Assembly: GCA_051313645.2 (NCBI GenBank)
Contig: JBNRSN020000028.1
Location: 14,694,001 to 14,758,000, forward strand
Direction of reading: 5' to 3'
DNA from: Centroscyllium fabricii
Lineage: Eukaryota
Length of the DNA: 64,000 bases
Both the position numbers and the translations under genes were made by a program. This document shows, piece after piece, positions 34,801 to 45,541 of this stretch. The notes under the pieces are model-generated. The model was not told the DNA's origin, did not search any database, and saw nothing but the letters and a program-made list of their open reading frames with translations. Numbering within the stretch: position 1 is the first letter of the stretch; every line of letters starts with the position of its first letter.

Positions 34801-37800
34801 GAGTCCGTGGTTAGGAGGGGATTGAGTGTGTTGTCAGTGTGTCTTGTATTAGCAGGTGTCCGTGGTGAGGAGGGGATTGAGTGTGTTGTCAGTGTGTCTT
34901 GTATCAGAAGGGTCCGTGGTGAGGAGGGGATTGACTGTGTTGTCAGTGTGTCTTGTATTAGCAGGAGTCCGTGTTAAGGAGGGGATTGAGTGTGTTGCCA
35001 GTGGGTCTTGTATTAGCAGGCTCCGTGGTGAGGAGGGGATTGAGTGTGTTGTCAGTGTGTCTTGTATCAGCAGGTGTCCGTGGTGAGGAAGGGATTGAGT
35101 GTGTTGTCAGTGTGTCTTGTAGTAGCAGGAGTCCGTGGTGAGGAGGGGATTGAGCGTGTTGTCAGTGTGTCTTGTATTAGCAGGAGTCCGTGTTGAGGAG
35201 TAGATTGAGTTTGTTGCCAGTGTGTCTTGTATCAGCAGGAGTCCGTGGTGAGGAGGGGATTGACTGTGTTGTCAGTGTGTCTTGTATTAGCAGGAGTCCG
35301 TGGTGAGATGAGGATTGAGTGTGTTGTCAGTGTGTCTTGTATTAGCAGGGTACGTGGTGAGGAGGGGATTGAGTGTGTTGTCAGTGTGTCTTGTATCAGC
35401 AGGAGTCCTTGTTGAAGAGGGGATTGAGTGTGTTGTCAGTGTGTCTTGTATTAGAGGAGTCCGTGGTGAGATGGGGATTGAGTGTGTTGTCACTGTGTCT
35501 TGTATTAGCAGGAGTCCGTGTTAAGGAGGGTATTGAGTGTGTTGCCAGTGGGTCTTGTATTAGCAGGGTCCGTGGTGGGGAGGGGATTGAGTGTGTTGTC
35601 AGTGTGTCTTGTATCAGCAGGTGTCCGTGGTGAGGAAGGGATTGAGTGTGTTGTCAGTGTGTCTTGTATCAGCAGGAGTCCGTGGTGAGGAGGGGATTGA
35701 GTGTGTTGTCAGTGTGTCTTGTATTAGCAGGTGTCCGTGGTGAGATGAGGATTGAGTGTGTTGCCAGTAGGTCTTGTATTAGCAGGGCACGTGGTGAGGA
35801 GGGGATTGAGTGTGTTGTCAGTGTGTCTTGTATCAGCAGGAGTCCGTGGTGAGGAGGGGATTGAGCGTGTTGTCAGTGTGTCTTGTATTAGCAGGAGTCC
35901 GTGTTGAGGAGGCGATTGAGCGTGTTGTCAGTGTGTCTTGTATTAGCAGGAGTCCGTGGCGAGGAGGGGATTAAGTGTGTTGTGAGTGTGTCTTGTATTA
36001 GCAGGAGTCCGTGGTTAGGAGGGGATTGAGTGTGTTGTCAGTGTGTCTTGTATTAGCAGGGGTCCGTGGTGAGGAGGGGATTGAGTGTGTTGTCAGTGTG
36101 TCTTGTATCAGCAGGGTCCGTGGTGAGGAGGGGATTGAGTGTGTTGTCAGTGTGTCTTGTATTAGCAGGAGTCCGTGGTGAGGAGGCGATTGAGCGTGTT
36201 GTCAGTGTGTCTTGTATCAGGAGGAGTCCGTGGTGAGGAGGGGATTGAGCGTGTTGTCAGTGTGTCTTGTATTAGCAGGAGTCCGTGGTGAGATGAGGAT
36301 TGAGTGTGTTGCCAGTGGGTCTTGTATTAGCAGGGTACGTGGTGAGGAGGGGATTGAGTGTGTTGTCAGTGTGTCTTGTATCAGCAGGAGTCCGTGGTGA
36401 GGAGGGGATTGAGCGTGTTGTCAGTGTGTCTTGTATTAGCAGGAGTCCGTGGTGAGGAGGCGATTGAGCGTGTTGTCAGTGTGTCTTGTATTAGCAGGAG
36501 TCCGTGGCGAGGAGGGGATTAAGTGTGTTGTCAGTGTGTCTTGTATTAGCAGGAGTCCGTGGTTAGGAGGGGATTGAGTGTGTTGTCAGTTTGTCTTGTA
36601 TTAGCAGGGGTCCGTGGTGAGGAGGGGATTGAGTGTGTTGTCAGTGTGTCTTGTATCAGCAGTGTCCGTGGTGAGGAGGGGATTGAGTGTGTTGTCAGTG
36701 TGTCTTGTATTAGTAGGAGTCCGTGGTGAGGAGGAGATTGAGTGTGTTGTCAGTGTGTCTTGTATTAGCAGGGGTCCGTGTTGAGGAGGGGATTGAGTTT
36801 GTTGTCAGTGTGTCTTGTATTAGCAGGAGTCCGTGGTGAGGAGGGGATTGAGCGTGTTGTCAGTGTGTCTTGTATTAGCAGGAGTCCGTGGTGAGGAGGA
36901 GATTGAGCGTGTTGTCAGTGTGTCTTGTATTAGCAGGAGTCCGTGGTAAGGAGGGGATTGAGTGTGCTGTCAGTGTGTCTTGTATTAGAAGGGGTCCGTG
37001 GTGAGGAGGGGATTGAGGGTGTTGTCAGTGTGTCTTGTATTAGCAGGAGTCCGTGGTGAGGAGGAGATTGAGTGTGTTGTCAGTGTGTCTTGTATTAGCA
37101 GGTGTCCGTGGTGAGGAGGAGATTGAGTGTGTTGTCAGTTTGTCTTGTATTAGCAGGGGTCCGTGTTGAGAAGGGGATTGAGTTTGTTGTCAGTGTGTCT
37201 TGTATTAGCAGGAGTCCGTGTTGAGGAGGGGATTGAGTGTGTTGTCAGTGTGTCTTGTATTAGAGGAGTCCGTGGTGAGATGGCGATTGAGTGTGTTGTC
37301 ACTGTGTCTTGTATTAGCAGGAGTCCGTGTTAAGGAGGGGATTGAGTGTTTTGCCAGTGGGTCTTGTATTAGCAGGGTCCGTGGTGAGGAGTGGATTGAG
37401 TGTGTTGTCAGTGTGTCTTGTATCAGCAGGTGTCCGTGGTGAGGAAGGGATTGAGTGTGTTGTCAGTGTGTCTTGTATCAGCAGGAGTCCGTGGTGAGGA
37501 GGGGATTGAGTGTGTTGTCAGTGTGTCTTGTATTAGCAGGAGTCCGTTGTGAGGAGGGGATTGAGTGTGTTGTCAGTGTGTCTTGTATTAGCAGGAGTCC
37601 GTGGCGAGGAGGGGATTAAGTGTGTTGTCAGTTTGTCTTGTATTCGCAGGAGTCCGTGGTTAGGAGTGGATTGAGTTTGTTGTCAGTGTGTCTTGTATTA
37701 GCAGGAGTCCGTGGTGAGGAGGGGATTGAGTGTGTTGTCAGTGTGGCTTGTATCAGCAGGGTCCGTGGTGAGGAGGGGATTGAGTGTGTTGTCAGTGTGT

Positions 37801-37982
37801 CTTGTATTAGCAGCAGTCCGTGGTGAGGAGGGGATTGAGTGTGTTGTCAGTGTGTCTTGTATTAGCAGGGGTCCGTGTTGAGGAGGGGATTGAGTGTGTT
37901 GTCAGTGTGTCTTGTATTAGCAGGAGTCCGTGTTGAGGAGGGGATTGAGTGTGTTGTCAGTGTGTCTTGTATTAGCAGGAGT
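31884..37982 (+). repeat. 55-bp satellite array, segment 2
   Basis: Same monomer and orientation, resuming in register after the LINE tail. Confidence 0.99.
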
Positions 37983-38962
37983 TGTAACGTTGGGGTGTGG
38001 GGCCCAAATGCAAGACACTGATAAAACTGTCTAGGTCCTTAAATTCCTTTATATACAAAACTGTAATAAAAGACATACATACATACATTCAAAAAGTTAC
38101 AATACATAATTAAATGGCATACAAATAGTTAGAAACAGAAAACAGGTTCCTTTCCGAACTGGTACAAGACTTTCCTTTGTGCGTGGAATGATACTCAGTC
38201 AAGAGCATCATAGTGTTGTGAATTACATGTCCAACCCTGAGTACAGGTGGTAGAGAGAAAAGTCCAGGCTTTGAATTAGGAATACTCCCGAGTCCGCCCT
38301 ACAGCAGGGACGCACTCCAACGGAGTCTTCAGAGGAAGAATCCATCTTCACAAACAAGGAAACTCCCAACATACACTACTGAAATGACCAAACCTCAGTT
38401 CGGGTGATAACGACCAATGTCCAGGAAGTAGAACCAGGATTTCTTCAAAGTCCGCTCCACCGCGGGGACTCAACCCAACGGAGTTCACAGAACGAGAATA
38501 CGTGATCTACTTAGCAGGGAAACGCCCTTACTAAACTAATGGAATGTCCAAACCTGAGTTCAGGTGGTAGAGTGCAATGTCCAGAATGTAGACAACCGTA
38601 GTTCTCCGAAGTCCGCTCCACAGCTAAGACTCACTCTACCCGAGTTTCCAGAAGAGAATACATCATCTACAAGGCAGGGGAACGCCCAAACCCATTGCCT
38701 CTCCAGGAGCTCAGACAGCAACCACTCCTTCCAGTAGTTCGTAGTAATGAGTAGTAAGTAGAATGATCCGGCCACTGCCTGGTCTCAGCACCCAGCTTAT
38801 AAGCCGACTAGATAGATTAGTGCTAACCAATAAGAATGCAGGTATAGAGAACGAGGAACTCACAGGTATGTGCACAGGTAATTGAGGTATAATGAACCAA
38901 AACAGAGAACAAAACATAGAATTCCAAAATGGATTCCGTAAAGGGGAATGCCATCTGTGACA
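37983..38962 (-). repeat. 3' LTR (980 bp) of the non-autonomous element
   Basis: TG...CA termini with short imperfect inverted repeat; TATAAG near 38796-38803 on the minus strand; about 98% identical to 39129-40025 by eye. Confidence 0.88.
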
Positions 38963-39114
38963 GAACCCCCCCTCAAAGGACGACTGCTGACGTCCCAAGT
39001 ACCCAAATACCGAATAGGGTGGGTGGAGGGGTGCGGAGGAGGGACCAACCGTCCTACAGGAATAAAGTAATCCGAGGTGATCTAGACGCTTCAGTGTCTG
39101 CTGGGCCCCTATTC

Positions 39115-39128
39115 TGGCCGGATCATTC
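39115..39128 (-). promoter_or_regulatory. Self-priming PBS of the non-autonomous element
   Basis: Minus-strand (A)GAATGATCCGGCCA is the exact complement of minus-strand TGGCCGGATCATTCT at 39907-39921, which begins about 25 nt downstream of the TATA box at 39943-39950. Confidence 0.85.
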
Positions 39129-40025
39129 TGTAACGTTGGGGTGTGGGGCCCAAATGCAAGACACTGATAAAACTGTCTAGGTCCTTAATTTCCTTTATAT
39201 ACAAAACTGTAATAAAAGACATACATGCATACATTCAAAAAGTTACAATACATAATTAAATGGCATACAAATAGTTAGAAACAGAAAACAAGTTCCTTTC
39301 CGAACTGGTACAAGACTTTCCTTTGTGCGTGGAACCATACTCAGTCAAGAGCATCATAGTGTTGTGAATTACATGTCCAACCCTGAGTACAGGTGGTAGA
39401 GAGAAAAGTCCAGGCTGTTGAATTAGGAATACTCCCGAGTCCGCCCTACAGCAGGGACTCACTCCAACGGAGTCTTCAGAGGAAGAATCCATCTTCACAA
39501 ACAAGGAAACTCACCACATACACTACTGAAATGACCAAACCTCAGTTCGGGTGATAACGACCAATGTCCAGGAAGTAGAACCAGGATTTCTTCAAAGTCC
39601 GCTCCACCGCGGGGACTCAACCCAACGGAGTTCACAGAACGAGTATACATGATCTACTTAGCAGGGGAACGCCCTTACTAAACTAATGGAATGTCCAAAC
39701 CTGAGTTCAGGTGGTAGAGTGCAATGTCCAGAATGTAGACAACCGTAGTTCTCCGAAGTCCGCTCCACAGCTAAGACTCACTCTACCCGAGTTTCCAGAA
39801 GAGAATACATCATCTACAAGGCAGGGGAACGCCCAAACCCATTGCCTCTCCAGGAGCTCAGACAGCAACCACTCCTCCCAGTAGTTCGTAGTAATGAGTA
39901 GTAAGTAGAATGATCCGGCCACTGCCTGGTTTCAGCACACAGCTTATAAGCCGACTAGATAGACAATAAGAATGCAGGTATAGAGAACGAGGAACACACA
40001 GATATGTGCACAGGTAATTGAGGTA
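39129..40025 (-). repeat. 5' LTR, lacking its outer ~70 bp, abutting the Tx1 3' end
   Basis: Matches the other LTR up to ...GTAATTGAGGTA; carries an 11-bp deletion (TTAGTGCTAAC) relative to it. Confidence 0.88.
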
Positions 40026-43000
40026 CTTCTTTTGGTGAAAACGTTTGTACGGTTTATCTGTAAAGCAAAACTTTAGCTAATCCTAACAAATTAAATTAAA
40101 ATTTGGTTGACCGGGGTGACGATGCACTCCAATCCCCCCGGCGCCCATCGGTCGCGAAAAGCCTCAAGCGTACCGTCGGAAACCGCGTGCTCCATCTCCA
40201 GGGCCACCCGGGCGCGAACCTGGCCGCGAAAGAGAGGCAGGCAATCTGGCTGGACGACCCCCTCGACGGCCCACTGCCTGGACGAATAAATGGACCTTTT
40301 GGCAAGTCCCAGGAGCAGACCGACGAGGAGATCCTCCAACCTGCCCGCTCCCCTCCGCACCGGATGGCCGTAGATCAGGAGCGTGGGACTGAAGTGCAAC
40401 CAAAACTTGAGGAGCAGCCCCTTCAAATAATGATAGAAGGGCTGCAACCTCCCACATTCAACATAGACATGGAACACGGACTCTTCCAGCCCGCAGAAGT
40501 GACAGGTGGCCTGGGAGTCCGTGAACCGACTTAAAACCTTGTTGCACGGGGCTACTCCGTGCAACACTCTCCAGGCCAAGTCCCCAATATAACAGGGGAA
40601 GACTCCCGCGTAGAGAGCCCCCCATTGGGGACCTCTGCCTCCGCCGGATGGCAAAATGGCACGCCAAGGCGTGTCCGGACGGCAGGCGAAGATGGCAAAG
40701 TGGAAAGTGTGCAGGAGCAGCCCGTACAGAAAACGCCTCCGTGCGGTGTCAAAAGGCACGAAGGGCATCTCACCGAGACGGCTCAAGATGTGAGGCGCCG
40801 GTTCCCGAGAGGGGTTTCGGGTCGGGCGCCGATGAGGAATTCCGTCCGAACGGGGTTCAGCTCGGACGGGAGTACCCCACTTCTTTGAGCCGCCTCAATT
40901 CTCGTAGTGTAGTCAAGGCCCAACGCCACTTTCAGCGACTTGATGGCTTTGGTCGCGGGCCGGACGTTATCATGTCCCAGGCACTGCACCAGTTCCACAG
41001 GCGCCATCCAGCCCGCTCCTCCGCCATCAAGCAGGTCCCTGACTATAGTCACCCTGCCAGGCACAGCTCTATTCTCCGCCAGCCACCCGAACCCTCGGTC
41101 TTGGAGGTGCGTATTCCTGAGCAGCGGCTCTCAAAGGAGAGCCGACACTCCTGACGGGAGAGAGGTGCGCCTGGAGGCGACGCTGTTCCAAACACAAAGC
41201 AGTTCCTGGTAAAAGACAGGCAGCTCCCGCAGGCTTGCACGTGTACCGCTTATTTTCACAAACAGGAGCTGCGTGTCATAGTTGAGGCCGTGCAGCTGGC
41301 GGAAGAAATACGTCGCCAGCGCACACCATCTAGGAGGATCCTCGATGTACAGGTATCTCTGCAGCGTCTGAAGACGGAAAGTCGCCGCCTGGGTGCAGAG
41401 GCACACCAGCGCCTGACCGCCCTCCCTAAGCGGGAGATACAGAACCGCGGCGGAGACCCAGTGCTTCCTTTTGTCCCAGAAGAAGTCGATGAGCTTCTTC
41501 TGTAACCTGGCGACAAAATCAGGGGGAGGGATCAAAGTGACCAACCGGTACCACAACATGGCGGCCACCAGTTGGTTTGTGACTAGCGCTCGACCCCTGT
41601 AGGACAACACTCGGAGCAGTCCTGTCCAGCGCCCTAGCCGAGTGGTGACTTTGTCTTCCAACTCTTGCCAGTTCACCGGCCAGGCTTCCTCGGCTGGGCT
41701 GAGGTGGACTCCCAAGTAGAGGAGGTGCGTGGTGCTCCAGGCGAAACGCCTGAACTCCTCCGGCAGGGAGTCCACCCGCCACTGACCCACCAGGAGTCCG
41801 GAACATTTCTCCCAGTTGATCCTGGCGGAGGATGCGTCCGAGTAAATCTGCTGGCATTCTCGCATCCTCCGCAGGTCAGCGGGATCCGTGACCATGAGGA
41901 GCACGTCATCGGCGTAAGCCGAAAGGACGACCTCCACGCCCGGCCCTTGCAGAGCCAGTCCCGTCAACCTCTTCCGCAAGAGGCGCAGGAAAGGCTCCAC
42001 GCAAACGGCATATAACTGACCGGACATGGGGCATCCCTGACGTACCCCCCTCCCAAAGCGAAGGGGCGCCGTCAAAGACCCGTTAACTTTGATCAGACAC
42101 TCCACGGCAGCATACAAAAGTCAGATCCGGGCGACGAAATGCGTCCCGAACCCGAATGCGCGCAGAGTCCCAAAAAGGAACTCGTGATCCACCCTGTCAA
42201 ACGCCTTCTCCTGATCCAGGGAAAGGAAGGCGACCGACATACCAGCCCTCTGGGAATGTGGAGCAGGTCCCGGACCAGATGGATGTTGTCGTGGATTGAC
42301 CGGCCCAGGACCGTGTAGGACTGGTCAGAATGGATCATGTGGGCCAGCACGGTGCCAAGGCGGGCAGACATGGCCCTGGCAAAAATTTTGTAATCCGTGC
42401 TGAGGAGGGAGACCGGGCGCCAGTTTTTAAGTAGGCGGAGATCGCCCTTCTTTGGCAGCAGGACAATGACGGCCCTGCGCCACGAGAGGGGCATCTCCCC
42501 GGTCGCTAGACTTTCCCCCAGGACCCGCTGGTAATCACCCCCCAGGACGTCCCAGAACGCCCTGTGGAACTCCACGGTCAGCCCGTCCAGCCCCGGGGAC
42601 TTTCCCCTCGAGAGCTTGCCGAGGGCGCCGGTCAGCTCCGCCAGACTTAGCGGAGCGTCCAATTGTTCGGCGCCCTCCGGACTGACCTTCGGCAGGTCCT
42701 CCCACAAAACTCTACGCGCATCCTCGCTGGACGGATCCGGAGAGAACAGAGCCCCGTAAAAAGACCGGGTCTCCGCACTGATCCCCTCCGGATCCGAGAC
42801 CAGAGATCCGTCGTCGGCCAGCAGCATCAAAATCTGCTTATGGACCCCTCGCCTTTTTTCCAGCGAGTAGAAGAAGGGGGAGCCGCGGTCCAGATCCCGC
42901 AGGAACTGGATACGTGACCTCACGAACGCACCTCGGGACCCGACGAGCTGCAGGTCCTTCAGCGCGGCCTTCTTTTCTTCATACACCGTCCGCAGGGCCG

Positions 43001-43484
43001 GGTCCCCGACGACCTGACCGGGGCGGGACTCTAGGTCGAGCACTTCCTTCTCTAATCGCCCGACCTGAGCCTTGCACCCCTTGGTCGACCCCCTCGCGTA
43101 CTCCTGACAGAAGAGATGGACGTGAGCCTTGCCCACGTACCAGCATAGCCTCAAGGAGGGGAAGCCCCCCTGCTTCCTTCTCCAGTCGGCCCAGAACCGA
43201 CGGAACGAACCACGGAATCGCGCGTCCTCCAGCAGCAGGGAGCTCTGTCCACACCAGGTGGTGGTCCATGCACGGCACCGGCCACATGGAAGCCGCCCGA
43301 ACGCAGGAGACGTACGCCCGAGAAATGTAGAGGCGGTCGATTCGGGAGCCTCCTCCTCCAGGCCTCACGTGAGTGAAGGCGCTCGAGTCGGGATGGAGAT
43401 TCTGCCAGACGTCCACCAATTCGAAGGACCCGACCAGGTCCCTCAACTTCTCTGTCGCCGCCGGGCTGCGCAGGCGACCTGAAT
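40026..43484 (-). mobile_element. Tx1/L1-clade LINE, 5'-truncated within the endonuclease domain
   Basis: APE endonuclease motifs (LVDVW, SRIDRLY, DHHLV), RT motifs (KSPGLDGL, NWRPVSLL, GVRQGCPMS, YADD), C-terminal CHFC...H...C knuckle, ~65-nt 3' UTR. Confidence 0.93.
40091..43484 (-). pseudogene. Disrupted ORF2 (endonuclease/reverse transcriptase) of the Tx1-like LINE
   Basis: Split over ORFs 42979..43590, 42093..43154, 41131..42117, 40783..41064 and 40091..40786 by several frameshifts and a stop at 41131. Confidence 0.9.
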
Positions 43485-44526
43485 GGTCTTGTATTAGCAG
43501 GGTACGTGGTGAGATGTGGATTGAGTGTGTTGCCAGTGGGTCTTGTATTAGCAGGGTACGTGGTGAGGAGGGGATTGAGTGTGTTGGCAATGTGCCTTGT
43601 ATCAGCAGGAGTCCGTGGTGAGGAGGGGATTGAGCGTGTTGTCAGTGTGTCTTGTATTAGCAGGAGTCCGTGGTGAGGAGGGGATTGAGCGTGTTGTCAG
43701 TGTGTCTTGTATTAGCAGGAGTCCGTGGTAAGGAGGGGATTGAGTGTGCTGTCAGTGTGTCTTGTATTAGCAGGGGTCCGTGGTGAGGAGGGGATTGAGG
43801 GTGTTGTCAGTGTGTCTTGTATTAGCAGGAGTCCGTGGTGAGGAGGGGATTGAGTGTGTTGTCAGTGTGTCTTGTATTAGCAGGAGTCCGTGGTGAGGAG
43901 GAGATTGAGTGTGTTGTCAGTGTGTCTTTTATTAGCAGGGGTCCGTGTTGAGGAGGGGATTGAGTTTGTTGTCAGTGTGTCTTGTATTAGCAGGAGTCCG
44001 TGTTGAGGAGGGGATTGAGTGTGTTGTCAGTGTGTCTTGTATTAGAGGAGTCCGTGGTGAGATGGGGATTGAGTGTGTTGTCACTGTGACTTGTATTAGC
44101 AGGAGTCCGTGTTAAGGAGGGGATTGAGTGTGTTGCCAGTGGGTCTTGTATTAGCAGGATCCGTGGTGAGGAGGGGATTGAGTGTGTTGTCAGTGTGTCT
44201 TGTATCAACAGGTGTCCGTGGTGAGGAAGGGATTGAGTGTGTTGTCAGTGTGTCTTGTATCAGCAGGAGTCCGTGCTGAGGAGGGGATTGAGTGTGTTGT
44301 CAGTGTGTCTTGTATTAGCAGGAGTCCGTGGTGAGATGAGGATTGAGTGTGTTGCCAGTGGGTCTTGTATTAGCAGGGTACGTGGTGAGGAGGGGATTGA
44401 GTGTGTTGTCAGTGTGTCTTGTATTAGCAGAAGTCCGTGGTTAGGAGGGGATTGAGTGTGTTGTCAGTGTGTCTTGTATTAGCAGGGGTCCGTGGTGAGG
44501 AGGGGATTGTGTGTGTTGCCAGTGTG
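43485..44526 (+). repeat. 55-bp satellite array, segment 3
   Basis: Same monomer; copy of about 29847-30868 (offset 13658). Confidence 0.99.
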
Positions 44527-45541
44527 GGCAGAGTTAGGCCAATATCCACTACTATTTAAAATCCAAAAAAGAGCAATCAAATTCTGGAAACACCTAAAAC
44601 TGAGCAACCCTCACAGTTATCACTACAAAGCCCTGAAATGCCAAGAAGCGAACATAAAAAGAAGTCCCATCAACCAACTAGTCCTAGGACTTAGCGAAGT
44701 AACTAACAACACTACTGTTAACAACCAACTTAGCGGAAAAAACACTAACACTACTGGTAAAAACCAGCCCCTGGACAGTGACGCCCTAGCACTCAGAATC
44801 CGACCCAACACAATTATTACTCAACAAAAAGAAAAATACCTGAACTACTGGACAGAAACGACAAAAACCCAAAACAAACTAGATTGCTACTTGGCCCTAA
44901 ACAGACAGTACACCATGGCGGACTACCTGTCCATGGTGAAAGACAGCAAACTGAGAAAAACTCTGACAATGTACAGACTTTGCGAGCGCAGCCTAGCCAT
45001 CGAAAAAGGCAGACACAGAAAGACTTGGCTGCCCAGAGAGGAAAGGCTGTGCTCCCACTGCAGTCAGGGAGTGGTGGAGACAGAGCTGCACTTCCTCACA
45101 ACTTGCGAAAATTATCAGGGAATAAGGGGAAATTTCTTCCCAAAATTTGCAACAGCATGCCCTGAATTCAAAAATTTGACCGACCACCAGAAACTCCCAT
45201 ACCTACTAGGGGAACAGAGGGAATGTATAAAACTTGCGGCAAACTACGTCACAGCTTGCCATAAGCAGAGGGACAACCAGTGACCATTGACATTGAAGCT
45301 AGGATGAGCATACAAGCTCTATATGCGGGTATAAATGTACATGTGTGCGTAACTAATGTACGGTTGTCAATAAGTCTACTAATGTATTATTCTATGTAGT
45401 ACGTATACAAATGTATTATTCTTATGTATGTTAAAATGTTTTACTAATGTAATATTCTTATGTATGTTGCACTGCTTTGGCAACAACGGTTGATGCCATT
45501 CATGACAATAAAGCCTTTTGAATAGTGAATAGTGAATAGTG
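44527..45541 (+). mobile_element. RTE-X-like LINE fragment, copy 2 (duplicate of 30869-31883)
   Basis: Identical 5' and 3' junctions and flanking monomer variants; about 5 substitutions relative to copy 1. Confidence 0.88.

Larger units (their letters stand above)
37983..40025 (-). mobile_element. Non-autonomous sushi/Tf1-like LTR element: 3' LTR 37983-38962, 166-bp interior 38963-39128, truncated 5' LTR 39129-40025
   Basis: Direct repeats offset by 1146 bp; minus-strand ends TGTCAC...GTTACA; PPT GAGGGGGGGTTC abuts one LTR and a self-complementary PBS abuts the other; no coding capacity. Confidence 0.88.

Noticed and set aside
37983-40025. Simple 1146-bp tandem duplication of unique DNA
   Set aside because: TG...CA ends, PPT and PBS at the exact borders identify an LTR pair.
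40096-43621. Plus-strand and alternate-frame ORFs over the Tx1 element
   Set aside because: Shadow ORFs of GC-rich LINE coding sequence with no independent motifs.
44527-45541. Independent site-specific second insertion of the RTE-X-like LINE
   Set aside because: Same truncation point, tail length and flanking private variants as copy 1, so segmental duplication explains it.
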